From Cetorhinus maximus (taxonomy: Eukaryota): 64,000 nucleotides of DNA. Location of the stretch: assembly GCF_964194155.1 (NCBI RefSeq), contig NC_135904.1, forward strand, positions 27,838,001-27,902,000. The letters run 5' to 3'. The number at the start of each line of letters is the position of its first letter. Position 1 is the stretch's first letter. The notes under the pieces are model-generated. The model worked only from the letters and a program-made list of their open reading frames with translations. It searched no databases and was not told where the DNA came from. Positions 23,431-36,850 of the stretch are shown piece by piece. Both the position numbers and the translations under genes were made by a program.

Positions 23431-26400
23431 TCTCAACGTATTTAGTTTTTCTCCTTTTGCCTCTGAACATTGAACGCTATTAAGCGTTGATACGCTTGCA
23501 GACAAAATAATTATTTCTTTATACCGCCAATAACTTAGCGACGAGCACTTTGAAAATGATACCATGTTTCTTAGCCCAATATAAAAAAGACACTGCAGGA
23601 CATTTAAAGCATCTCCAGTCAGCCCTGCCTTTGCAAGTGTCTAAAGTAAATGCTCACTACAGGACGCAATCGTTTTGTCTGAATAAAACGACACAAAATG
23701 AAAGCCAGGCACGATGTGATACAATTTTAGTTCTTAAACCTAGTTTAATAACAGAAGCAGCGTGAAACTCGGACTCCAGTTAATAGCCGCAATCAATTTA
23801 AAATTTTTATATTGATTGTATGCTTTCTTTAATCCACAAATTTCTTCACAAGAGCATTAAATTACTGTATATTCCAATAATAATACTCAAAAAATAAGCA
23901 GCGTGTTGTAATGAAGGCAATGCAGTAACCATGGGTCTCACTGACTATAGAAACATTGTTAAGCATGTGTTGAAACAGGGAAATCAGAAAAAAATCTGCT
24001 CAGGATTATGTTCTGTTCCCTTTGGAGGGCAATGAGAATGCTGTAGAGAAATGAATTATAAAAAGAGATTAATCCATCTAGGAAATTTTTACAATGTGAA
24101 ACTTTTCATCAGAATACTCATGGTAGCAATATCAAAATGCACCAAGGAATCATTCTTCCTTAAACATACAGTACCACACACACAGTGCTTGTGGCAGTGG
24201 TGTCATTGGTAGCCTGCAGAACAGCGGCAGTACTGTGCTGCACAGATTGTGTCGGTGTCAGCCTATCCACAGAGCTCTCCTTTCCATGGCCGGGAAGGAT
24301 CTATTAGCTAATAGAGGTTTTCTACCAATGCTATCCAGGATAGAGGAAGCCTACACACCCACAGCCTTCCTTTGATTCTTCTGCCCAGAGAAGGAGAAGG
24401 ACGCAGCACCAAACAAGTAACACTGGCAGACATTCCAGTGAACGAAGTGGGTCGACAGAGCTCAGCTAGGGTAGCTGAGAATTGGATGGAGGCAGCTGCA
24501 ACTTAACAGCACACCTAACTCAAAGCCACCACTTCTGTGCTGTCACGTGTCTATTACTGTCCTTGGGAAACACACAGAAAAAAAGCTTCAGTCTTAACAA
24601 CAACTTACATTTATGCAACGCCATTAAAGTAATGAATCATCCCAAGGCACTTCACGGGAGCATTATCAGGTAAAATCTGACATCAAGCCGGATAAGGCAA
24701 TATTAGGGCAGGAGACTCAAGTATAGTTAATGCAGAATTTGCTATTTAATAGTATTAAGAAAGAATCTTACGATTGTTGAGGCTAATAGTTGAGAGGACT
24801 ATATCTTTTCAAACACTGTGTAAGATGGCATACTGAAGTCAAGCTTTGAGACCACAGGAACAAAAACACACAAACACATGGCACTTTATTCATCCAATTT
24901 CCCTTTATGGAAGGAAGAACATAGTGAGAATTGGAGTGAGCGTGCAATGGTGCTGAAGAATATGTTGAAATAGGATCCAGGAGCAGTAAGAAAATAAATA
25001 AATGAAGTGGCATAAGGAACCGCATCGGACAAGTTGAAAAGATAAGAATGAGAAAATTTAAGGGTGAAAAGAATGGAGAAAAAAGAAACCCATGTTTGGT
25101 TGGAGAAATTTATGGGGGTATAGTAAAAGGCAGCAGCTTAATTCATGAGATGGAGTTTGCCTCACCTCATGGGCACAGCCCTCTGTAACACACAAGCAGA
25201 TCTGTTATGAAAGGCCTTAGACAGGCTTCCAACAACATTTCTGGGCCAATGATCTGGAGGCCTGTGGTTTTGCTCACTTTTTGCTGAGTCCCTGATCGGG
25301 TGTGTGGAGTTTGAAGGGACTGGGAGTACAGTTCCAGGGATAACAGATGCATTATTTCAATGTATAGTATTTACACAGAAAGACAGGGGGGGGGTGGGAG
25401 AAGAAGGGAAGAGCTTGTATGCCTCATCAAATAATGAACTTTGACTCCAGCCCTGCTCTTACGTCTCTCAGCTTCCCGGAAGGGAAAAAACAGTTCGGAC
25501 CAGCACTCTTATTTCCCAGTTTTTACTGCTTTTTCCTTCTGGGTTGTTGGACAGTGAAGTTAACAACATTAGAACTAGTCTGTTTTTGTCTGCCTGACCT
25601 CTTTCTCGTAGCTCTCTAGCTCCAGCGTCTTTGTTTGTTCCTTGTCTGTCTCTCTTTACCTGGCCTTTCTCCCAGAGGTCTCAGCTTGCCTTCATTGGAC
25701 ACAAATCATCCACTCTTCCTTGAGTCTCCTGCTCTGCCCAACCCTTGCCTCAGCTCACTGGGAGACACCAGCATTCTTCTTCCCTGGCTGAGCGTCTTTA
25801 CCCAACCTCTATCTCTAGGCCGTTCGCTTGTCTGCAGGACTGAAGGCCTGTCTGTCATCCTCTGTACTAGTTCCCCTTCCCCCCGCTATTTGGAGGTGTC
25901 AGCTGTGGCTCAGTTCATAGTACCCTCGCCTTTGAATCAGAGGGTTGTGGGTTCATGTCCCACTCCCGGAAAAACCAAGAACTGTGATTGTACTCGAAAG
26001 AAGTTGCAATCTGTGACTGTTGGTAACTAGAAAGAGTTTCCCCCACCCATTTGTCTCTCCCTACTTGCAGCTGCACCGGTCGACAAACCTCATAAACCCC
26101 TATTACTTCCTTTGAGCTGCTGACATTGACTTCCCCTCCACGGAGGAAGCTAGTTTCGTCGAAGAATTAAATAATTTGAGGACAATGCTGCTTTAAAATC
26201 TGATACAGCCAAGAAGCTTCCCAAATCCTCAATCCACGTTGACACAGTGCTTATACCCCAATGGATTACACCGTGCCGAGAGCATCAAAGGCAAAAATCA
26301 GAAGCATAAAAATAGCAAATTAGAACCCAGATCATGCTGTAGAGACTGCACCTTAATAGAGGTTAACTGTACAGCAAATACTGCTTGGAATTACTGTCCC

Positions 26401-28134
26401 CATTAGAAATGAGGCAGCGTCTCAAAACAAAATTCTAATTAGTAACTAATTCATTGTTGATTTTTGATATATCTTATTGCTGCTGTTTTTAAATGAACAG
26501 ATTATTTATTTTCATTTTCAAGGTCACTGTTTCAGCTTTCATGAGAACGCTGCAGAATCTTCATGGTTTCACTGGGGAGATGAGAGCTCAAATAAAAAAA
26601 TCACGTGGTGACTCATAAAATTTTCCTGGGCTGATTTTGGTGAGCCAGGTGCCTTAGACCTCTTGTGCCTACTTCAGTGCAGGCACAACCCTGGATTGCG
26701 ATTCTTTGGGTGGGAGGGTGGGGGGGCGGGGTGCAGGGAGAGCGGGGTGGTGGTGGGGGTCGGGGGGGGAAGCGAAGTGGTCATGTAGACTTGGCGTGGC
26801 AGTGTAACTGAGAAAAGCACGGCTGCTGCACTTTTTCTGGGAGGGAGATGCCACGGTGATCTAATTGTACAGAAATGCAAGCCCTGACAGTTCAAAGCTG
26901 ACAGAAACCAGCTCCATGACTGTAGCCTGGCTTTCTTTAAACGAAATGTTAAAAAAAAAATTCCATGAGAAAAATATGCATTGACGAAGAGCCAGTGGGA
27001 ATACATGAACTTTTATCTTTTGCATAATGTTGAGACAGTGTTTTGGAGTTTTGGTAATTAAACACTGTGCGTCATTTTAGATTCAAAGTTTAGGCAAATG
27101 GGATTTGTGTTGGCCTTTTGTTTTTGTATTAAACAGTATGTTTATAAATGGTAAACAGTTCTCCCCCTCAAGGACTGATTAAAAAAGCCAGAAATGGCAT
27201 CTGCTATATATAAAGTGTGGCAGAAGGGCTCCATCTTTAGATTTAATAAAACACATTTCTTCTTTTAGGAAAAAAGGCGAAAGGGCACTAACCTCCTGCA
27301 CTGTGTCACAAAGTACAACTGGATCATTTTTTGGAAATGGTTGCTCAGTATTCTCAATGCCGGCACAGCTGACTCTTTTTGCATTCAGGAGAGCTAATCA
27401 TCAAACACGGCATAACTGAATGAAGTTCATGTGTGGCTCCAATTTCCTGCACTGACTGTGAGCTTCCCACACTCCCCTCCTCAATCATTGTTATCTCGTT
27501 GAAGAACCTTCCCTCCCACCCTCGTCAAATATTAGTAACACTGCAATGCTGTGTTTCGAAATTATTGCATGTTGAGCTATTCTGGACCACTTTGGGTTTT
27601 GATTTACTTGTTCTGCAGTTCTCGATTAGTCTTTAACCCTCACTGCATTACTACTGGGGTGCGAGCATCTTCTGACACTTGCGGGATATTAGAGTTTGAT
27701 GAAACAAGCTTTGAAAAGTTTCCGAGACAATTAATATGATTAAGCATCATGTGGCTTGGCTCGTGTTGAAATTAAACCCAAGAGTTTTTTTTAATGAACG
27801 GTCTTATCAAACCATAATGGATGCAGTGATTAGCAAACTTTTCTTTGTAGTGTCCATCCCCGCACAGTCCTTTAATGTGACTTTTCTGCACTTTAATATC
27901 ATATATTTAACATTATGACAGAACTACCACTACAGTCAGCTACTGAGAAAAAACAAATTTAAACTTTCAAACCCCACTGGTTTCTAATGCGTATTTTCAG
28001 GCTATACACTAAACCGAGGGTTGCAAGATCCATTTTCCAATTGGTACCAGCTCAAAGTAATGAAAATCAGTTTAGTCGACCAACTTATCTGGGATGTCCT
28101 TGACATTTGCTCATTTGTATCCGTCTCTACAACA

Positions 28135-28585
28135 CTCCTTCATAAAGCTCAACTCATCCAAAACTCTGCTGCGTGTATCCTAATGCGCACTGGCCTACGC
28201 TGGCCCCCTGTCTGGCAACAACTTGATTTTAAAATTACATCCTTGTTTTCAAACCCCTCCGTGGCCTCACTTTTTCCTATCTCTGTAACCTTCTACAATC
28301 TTCCGGGGGTCCCCATGCTGCTCCGATTCTGGCCTCTTGTGCATCCCCGATTTGCTCCACCCATGATGGCTATGGAAGCAGCTGCCTGGGGGCTAGGAAC
28401 TCCTGCCCTAAGCCTCTCCACCTCTCTACCTGTCTCTCCTCCTTTAAGTCTTCCCTTAAAACCTATCTCAACTGTTCCAACACCTTTTTACGTAGCTTGT
28501 CAAATTTTTATTCGATAACACTCTTATGAAGCCGTTTGGGAGGTTTTGTTACGTTAAAGGTGCTATTTGGATGCAAGTTGCTGCT
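28135..28585 (+). mobile_element. L2-like LINE 3' fragment
   Basis: LHKAQLIQNSAACIL..LRWPPVWQQLDFKI and tail acgttaaaggtgctatttggatgcaagttg. Confidence 0.8.
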
Positions 28586-29374
28586 CACTAAGGCAGTTAA
28601 TCAACAGCTAGACATGTAGAGGACTACCAGATGTAGATGAGTGTTGAAGTGAAATATCATCTCCATTTTGACAGTGAAGCTGAGAACTGTTGGGGGATCT
28701 ACGTAGATATTAACTTCTTTTGCAAGTGATTAAATAAAACATAACTCATTATGTGTGGGCTCTCTGGGACTTCCACCACTGAATGCTGATGTGGATATGA
28801 ATGAGTCACTGCAGTCTAGCTGCAGGTCTCAACCCCCACCCCACCCCCATCCCCCAAAAAATGTTGGAACAACAACAATGGAGATGGGCCTTTGAACTCG
28901 ATCCTCATAAACCCCTGCTTCGCTTTTATGAGCATTCCACATTATGGCTGCTTGCGGATTAGAATGCAAGTTCACATTTTCCAATGTAACTTGAATCTGC
29001 TGTGAGTTCAGCCTTTTTTCATGCGAAATGATTTAAATGTTATACTGTAGGGTTTCTACATGGAGGTCCACTGCAGTGACTGATAAAGGGCAACGAACCA
29101 GGTTTTGTTTCATGTCACAAGAACCAGCTATGCCGAGGAAATTCACTTGTGTCAGATTAGAGTGGAAGTTATCAGGAGTGATAAACATACAGACTCAACC
29201 CTCTGCAGTTTTCGTTATGGTTGAAAGAGCAAACAGGAAAATAAATTTTATCGCAACAAAGATCTTACAGTAATCACACCACTTCATTCTTTACTTCAGT
29301 TTATGTGTACTCAGGGAAGCATGGGTTATTTTACATTAGTTATCTGCAGAACAGCAAGTAAACGAAGAACAGAA

Positions 29375-29745
29375 GTAATACGCATTTATATAATACCTAT
29401 ACCATAGTAAAACGTTCCAAGGTGCTTCACAGGAGCTATTGACAATGAGCCACCTAAGGAGATATTAGCACAAAGATAAAAGCAAAAAAACTGCGGATGC
29501 TGGAAATCCAAAACAAAAGCAAAAATACCTGGAACAACTCAGCAGGTCTGGCACAAATAGCTAAAAGCTTAGCTGAAGGAGTAGGTTTTCCGGAGTGTTT
29601 TAAAGGAGGAAAGCAAGGTAGAGAGGTAGAGGACTGGAAGGGAAGTTTTTCCAGGGTTTTGGTCCAAGGCAGCTAAACGCATAGCCACCAATGGTGGAGC
29701 CATGAAGATTGGGGATGCTGAAGAGGCCAGAATTAGATGAGTGCA
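29375..29745 (-). mobile_element. L2-like 3' fragment with a small Penelope-type insert (about 29475-29550)
   Basis: Reverse complement of the L2 tail at 45445-45680; insert flanked by gcacaaa repeats. Confidence 0.7.
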
Positions 29746-29774
29746 GATTTCATGGAGGTAGTACAGAACTCAGG

Positions 29775-30035
29775 TATTGCTGAACAAACATGTCTAAGCT
29801 TTTCGTCTTGCACTAGTCAGGACACCTCACAAGAATACCAATATCAGGGGAAAACAACAATTTATACTGTATGTGAAGTGTTGATTGGTTGGCAAGTGAC
29901 GTTGCCATGGAGAATGCACCAGTGATGGCAGCAGTCAGTTAACTGTCGAGAATTGTTTGAAATTTAAACCAGGCAGCTTGACCCTGATTGGTCAAGGCAT
30001 TGCCCTGAGGAACATGTCAGCGAATGGCTGACACA
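29775..30035 (-). mobile_element. Second Penelope-like repeat family with degenerate hammerhead core
   Basis: Minus strand gtcctgactagtgcaagacgaaaagctt; related to 45980-46150. Confidence 0.55.
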
Positions 30036-30611
30036 GGGTCTTGTTCTTTGCAGACAGAAAGAACATGTACACACATTCCGCTTGTTTCAGATAAACAAAA
30101 TAAGTGATGGCCATTTGCTGAGGGTAAGGGAAAGAAATAAAATAGAAAGACAAAAAGTCAAAGAAAAATAACTGAAAAGAAAATCTCTAGCACTAATAAA
30201 ATTTTGATGGAGTGAGATTCCATATTTGTAAATCTAATTTTACAAATTTTATTTTAAAAAATTCAGGGCACGAAGGGTTGTTTGGCAGCAATTGTGACTT
30301 ATCAAGCCATTAAATAGTCACCTCAATGGACCAATCCTAACTTTTTCTGGCATGTTTACTGGGTAAGTGCTGCAGTCTCACCTTACGTTGATTTCAAAAC
30401 TGAGACTCTTAGAGAGATTCTGTTATAATGAAACCTGCGGAAGGGCAAATTGGACTGCAACTTGTAGATTTCCACATTTAACTGCACATGTCTGGATTTA
30501 CCGTAATCCAGAATAATGGTGAGCACTGTTAGCCTCACCATTAATCTCAATGCAAAATCCGGACAATTATGTCTGATAAGCCTTATTTCCAGTGACAAAT
30601 TCTCAGTTTAG

Positions 30612-33600
30612 ATAAGGTAATTAGGAAAGCTAATAGAATGTTCTCATTTATTGTGAGGGGAATTGATTACAAAAGTGGGAGGCTATGCTTCAGTTGTACA
30701 GGGCATTGGTGAGACTACATCTGGAGCGACGTGTACAGTATAGTCTCCTCATTTAAAGAAAGATGTAAATGTGTTAGAAACAGTTCAGAGGAGGTTTACT
30801 AAACTAATACCAGGAATGAGCAGGTTGTTTTTTGAGGAAAGACTGGACAGGTTAGGCTTGTATCCAATGGAATTTGGAAGAGTAAGAGGCAACTTGATTG
30901 AAAACTTTAAGACCCATTAAGATGGGGGAGGCAATGGCGTACTGGTATTGTCGCTGGACTAGTAATCCAGAGACCCAGGATAATGCTACAAAGCCGCAAA
31001 AAAGGAATGAAACCAGATGGACCACACGGCGTCAACCTAGGCACTGGAAGCAATGACGGCAAACTCAGCCCCGTCGACCCTGAAAAGTCCTCCTTACTAA
31101 CTTCTGGAGGTTAGTGCCAAAATTGGGAGAGCTGACATAATCATCCTCATGGAATCATACCTCACAGACAATGTCCCAGACATCATCATCACCATCCCTG
31201 GGTATGTCCTGTCCCACTGGCAAGGCAGACCCAGCTGAAGTGGCAGGACAGTGGTATACAGTCGGGAGGGAGTTACACTGACAGTCAACATCGACTGCGG
31301 ACCCGATGTAGTCATGGCATCAGGTCAAACATGGGCAAGGAAACCTCCTGCTGATTATCACGTACTGCGCTGCCTCAGCTGATGTATCAGTGCTCCTCCA
31401 TGTTTAACACCACTTGGAGGAAGCACTGAGGGTGGCAAGGGTGCAGAATGTACTCTGGGTAGGGACTTCAACGTCCATCACCAAGAGTGGCTTGGTAGCA
31501 CCACTACTGACCGAGCTGGCTGAGTCCTAAAGGACCAAAGCTGCTAGACTGGGTCTGCGTCAAGTGGTGAGGGAACCAACAAGAGGGAAAAACATACTTG
31601 ACCTCATCCTCACCAATCTCCTGCTACAGATGCATCTGTCCATGACAGTATCGGTAGGAGTGACCACCGCACAGTAGTTGTGGAGACTAAGTCCCGCCTT
31701 CATATTGAGGATTCCCTCCATTGTGTTGTGTGGCACTACCACCGTGCTAAATGGGATTGATTTCGAACAGATCTAGCAACTCAAGGCTGGGCATCCATGA
31801 GGCACTGTGGGCCATCAGCGGCAGCAGAATTGTACTCAAACACAATCTGTAACCTCATGGCCTGGCATATCTCCTACTCTACCATACCGTCAAGCCAGGG
31901 GACCAACACTGGTTCAATGAAGAATGCAGGAAGGCATGCCAGGAGCAGCACCAGGCATACCTAAAAATGAGGTGTCAATCTGGTGAAGCTATAACACAGG
32001 ACTACTTGCGTGCCAAACAGCATAAGCAGCAAGTGATAGAAAGAGCTATGCGATCCCACAACCAATGGATCAGATCTAAGCTCTGCAGTCTTGCCACATC
32101 TAGTCGTGAATGGTAGTGGACAATTAAACAATTCGCTGGAGGATGAGGAGGCTGCATAAATATCCCCATCCTCAATGATGGAGCAGACCAGCACATTAGT
32201 GCAAAAGATAAGGCTGAAGCATTTGCTACAATCTTCAGCCAGAAGTGCCAAGTGGATGATCCATCTTGGCCTCATCTGGCGGTCCCCACCAGATGCCAGT
32301 CTTCAGCCAATTCGATTCATTCCATGTGATATGAAGAAACAGCTGATGGCACTGGACACTGCGAAGGCTATGGATCCTGAAATATTCCAGCAATAGTACT
32401 GAAGACTTGTGTACCAGAACTTGCCACGCCCCTAGCCAAGCTGTTCCAGTACAACTACAACACTGGCATCTACCTGGCAATGTGGAAAATTACCCAGGTA
32501 CGCCCTGTAAACAAAAAACATGTCAAATCCAACCCGGCCAATTACCACCCCATAAGTCTACTCTCGATCATCAGGAAAGTAATGGATTGGGTCATCAACA
32601 GTGCTATCAAGCGGCACTTGCTTAGCAATAACCTGTTCACTGATGCCCAGTTTAGGTCCCTCCAGGGCCACTCAGCTCCTGACCTCATTACAGCCTTGGT
32701 TAAAACATGGACAAAAGAGCTGAACTCCCGAGGTGAGGTGAGAGTGACTGCCCTTGACATCAAGGCTGCATTTGACCAAGTGTGGAATCAAGAAGCCCCA
32801 GCAAAACTGGAGTCAATGGGAATCAGGGATAAAACTCTCCACAGATTGGAGTCACACCTAGCACAATGGAAGATGGTTGTGGTTGTTGGAGGTCAATCAT
32901 CTCTGTCCCAGGACATCACTGCAGGAGTTCCTCAGGGTAGTGTCCTAGGCCCAACCACCTTCAGTTGATTCATCAATGACCTTCCTTCCATCATAAGGCC
33001 AGAAGTTGGGATGTTCGTTGATAATTGCACAATGTTCAGCTACCAGACGCAACTGCTCAGATACTGAAGCAGTCCATGTCCAAATGCAGCAAGAGCTGAA
33101 CAATATCTAGGCTTGGGCTGACAAGTGGCAAGTAACATTCGCGCCACACAATCTCCAACAAAAGAGAATCTAATCATTCACCCTTGACGTTCAATGGCAT
33201 TACCATCACTGAATCTTCCAATATCAACATCCTGGGAGTTACCAATTGACCAGAAACTGAACTGGACTAGCTATATAAACACTGTGGCTACAACAGCAGG
33301 TCAGAGGCTAGGAATCCTGCGACAAGTAACTCAACTTCCGACTTCCCAAAGCCTGTCTACAAGGCACAAATCAGGAGTGTAAAGGAATACTCCCCATTTG
33401 CCTGGATGACTGCAGCTGCCACAACACTCAAGAAGCTTGACATTGTCCAGGATAAAGCAGCCCACTTGATTGGCACCACATCCACAAACATTCACTTCCT
33501 CCACCACCGATGCACAGTAGCAGCAGGGTGTACCATCTACAGGATGCACTGCAGGAATTCATCAAGGCTTCTTAGGCAGCACCTTCCAAACCCACGATCA

Positions 33601-34262
33601 CTACCATCTAAAAGGACAAGGGCAGCAGACACATGAGAACACCACCACCTGGAAGTTCCTCTCCAAGTCAGTCACCATCCTGACTTGGAAATATATCGCC
33701 GTTCCTTCACTGTCGCTGAGTCAGAATCCTGGAACTCTCTTCCTAACAGCACTGTGGGTGTACCGACACCAAAGGGACTGCAGCAGTTCAAGAAGGCAGC
33801 TCACCGCCACCTTCTCAAGGGCAACTAGGGATGGGCAATGAATGCTGGCACAGCCAGTGAAGCCCGCATCCCGTGAATGATTTTTTTTAAATCGTGAGGG
33901 GTCTTGACAGGGTGGATGTGGAGAGGATGTTTCCTCTTGTGGGAGAATCTAGAACTTAGGGGTCACAGGTTTAAAATAAGAGGTCACTCATTTAAGACAG
34001 AGATGAGGAGAATTTTTTTCTCTCAGAGAGTTGCGAGTCTTTGGAACTCTCTTCCTCAAAAGGCGGTGGAAGCAGAGTCTTTGAATAATTTTAAGGCAGA
34101 CCTAGATAAATTCTTGATTAACAAGGGCTGAAAGTTTATCTGGAGTAGGCAGGAATTTGTGTTTGTGGTTACATTCACAAATCAGTCGAGACCTTATTGA
34201 ATGGTGGGGCAGGCTCAAGGGGCCGAGTGGCCTACTCCTGCTCCTAATTCGTATATGTGTTC
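30612..34262 (+). mobile_element. CR1/HER1 3' fragment (30612-30915 plus 33893-34262) split by another LINE
   Basis: The two halves join to match 53215-53860 (gattgaaacctttaagatcc|tgaggggtcttgacaggg). Confidence 0.9.
30922..33885 (+). mobile_element. Non-LTR retrotransposon (CR1/Jockey group) with tRNA-like SINE head and one decayed APE-RT reading frame
   Basis: APE motifs (ILMESYL, GDFNVHH, LDLILTN, SDH) and RT motifs (NYHPISLLS, ALDIKAAFDQV, GVPQGSVLGP). Stops and frameshifts present. 3' tail gggcaatgaatgctggc...catcccgtgaatga. Confidence 0.92.
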
Positions 34263-36274
34263 GTTTAGTGGAAATGCCAAACAATGAAAAGGGTTTTCAA
34301 AACAGTAATACTTGCAAGCATTTCACTGCTTTCCTTCCTGCTCCTTGCCATTACTGGTTAATTTTTGGATTGGAATTTACTAGTTTGAAATGATAAGTAT
34401 ATTTGCTGATATGTAGTTTCATTCCCTCTTGACACACAATGATTTGTACTGGTCATTATTTAATGAAATTTCTATTAAATTTCAGCCAATCAGTTGCACG
34501 TGTGATGCAAAATTTGGAAGAATGGAAGAATGCTATATTCCTGTCTGACTGTCAACATTCTGACCACATATAATGTCTTTATGTCATAGTTCGAGATAAA
34601 TCAGATGCAGTTCCTGGATGGAGGTAGAGGGCTTCTTAATGTTTGGTGGGGGGAGGCTATATCCCCAGAGAAATAAATTAGTAAGATATTGGCAAGAGCT
34701 CTACCCAAAGGCAATGAAGTGAGTGCTTCTGATTAACTCTTGGAGAATAACTAGTTATTGTTTTCTGTACCCACTAGAACTAGATAAATAAATCACAGCT
34801 GCACAAATAAATCTGTTCTGTGAACAACTGTAACCTTCAAGCTCTCGGTATAAGGTACTGTTGCTGTTTAGCCAGTTGACGAAGCAAAAGAGCATTTCCT
34901 GTCAGGGTTCCCACAAAAAAATGGTTCCATGCTGTTTTGAAGTCATATCAAAAAACAAAACTTCTGTTTATTGTCATATCCCGAGGAAATTCACACTTCA
35001 AAGTATTGTACACCAGAGCTGGGAGGATCATGCTGGGAGATCCTCCACAGTGCACATGCTCAATCCTGCAAATTGCTGGCACAGATGTAATTCCAATGTT
35101 TCTCCCAAAATAATCATCAACTTAGATCCGAGGCCTATCAGAGAGGCTGGAGTGTTTGATTAACTACTTTTATAAATGATGCAAAGGACAGTTTTAGAGG
35201 TAACAGTATGGTTTTGACAAATTATGTAGTTCTTTTGCAAATGCCTTCATTTCCAAATGCAACCAGTTGGCTGGCTGACATGTGGGAGTCAGACTTCAAA
35301 ATGTAGCCAACTTGATGTTCTAAGGGTTGACATAAAGTCGGAATTGTGACACTTTTGGATTGTAACAGAATAGATGTCGGTACTATTTGCGAGATATAAA
35401 TGTGTTAATCATGGATCTCCTGCGGTCTGGAGTTAACCAGAGAACTTGGAGGTGACTTTGGAAGCTGGTAGTGGATGGTATCAGGAAACAGGTGAGAAAC
35501 ATCAAAGAAAATCGGGCCGGGTGCAAAATGGATTGTTTATTTGCTATTACCTATTTCGGGTTGCTCCTCAAGACCACGTTTTCCCCGTACGCTGGATGCT
35601 TTCTCGCTGTGTTTGTTGTTAACAGGCTGAGAGGTCACACCGCTGTCTCCCGACAAGTAAATACAAAAGGCATTCTTGCAACTCTGTTTTAGTTAAAAGA
35701 GGTAGCAGTGCCATTGCTGGAGGAAGTCAGAATAGCAGATGTTCCTGCTAATTCATTACCCACGGACTTCACCGCAATGGGGCCTGGCAGTGTTACCAAT
35801 TCAAGGTTTTCGATTACACAGTTAGGCTTTCTGATGTTTATAACTGTACTAAACCATTTCTAGCGCCTGCAGAATGAAATTTTATACTGGTACTAACAAT
35901 AGAAGCCTTCAGTGACTGGCTGACATGGAATGTGGAAATGATTCTGCAACACTGTCCGACACAAATACAAATTAAAATCTCAAATACTTGCTTAAAGATA
36001 TCCAAACCATCTAATTAGGATGGGTTTCTGCTTTAAGCATATCTATACTGTATTTGCCAAGTTTATTTTAATGCACTTAAGCCAAGGCTAGTAGCTGCCA
36101 ATAATTCCATTCCAGTACTTTGAGAACTATGTAGAACACAATGAGAATTGGCAGGGTGACAGAGAAAATCCACAGCAAAGGCTTTTCAAGAAAAGAAACA
36201 CTGCATCTCAAGATGTTTCATCTACAAATGAAGTTTCTGTCTGTCTAGAAATAATTAAATGTGTTGTCCACTAC

Positions 36275-36319
36275 CTTTTCATCCTCCTCATCGTCATCAT
36301 CATCCACATCGTCTTCCTC
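36275..36319 (-). CDS. MCTP2: MCTP2 acidic mini-exon, 45 nt, phase 0/0
   Basis: Minus strand: ttttttctcttttttgatgcgacAG | EEDDVDDDDDEEDEK | GTagtg. Splices in frame between the other two exons and matches the acidic linker that precedes ESEKKG in MCTP2. Confidence 0.92.
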
Positions 36320-36850
36320 CTGTCGCATCAAAAAAGAGAAAAAAAATACAGTTAGGTTTAGGTAACATTCTTTTCTTACATTGTCGAAACACTCTTAACT
36401 TTGGATTAGCACAACGTAAGCAAAGGGTTTGATGCTATAGAGCAGTGCTCCATCACTGAAAGAGAGGCCCCCACATTTTTTATATTGAATTGTGCAGCAT
36501 GTCTCATTATCTGCGTAAATTGTTCCCAAACGACCCAACTTAGCTGTAGAGGACAGTGACTCACAGGCTCACCATAGTTACCACTGGGATGGAAATGAAA
36601 ATCATTTACGGCAGTCAACAAATACTGGCCAAAGGGAAGAAGAATGAGACTAGCTAGGTTGCTCTAGCAGAGGACCGGTACAAACCTGATGGGTTGAATG
36701 GCCTCCATCTTTGCTGTAACTGTTCGATGATTCTATGAAATATGCAAATTCCAAAAGATATCCAGTACTCAAAAGGGTTTATCTTCACTGCTTCACTTCA
36801 GTGATGTGTGCCAGAGGTAAAATGCAATTGGGTGTATATTTTCACACAAT

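Noticed and set aside
24300-24315. 16-bp perfect palindrome tctattagctaataga
   Set aside because: Isolated, with no supporting context; probably a remnant of an old repeat.
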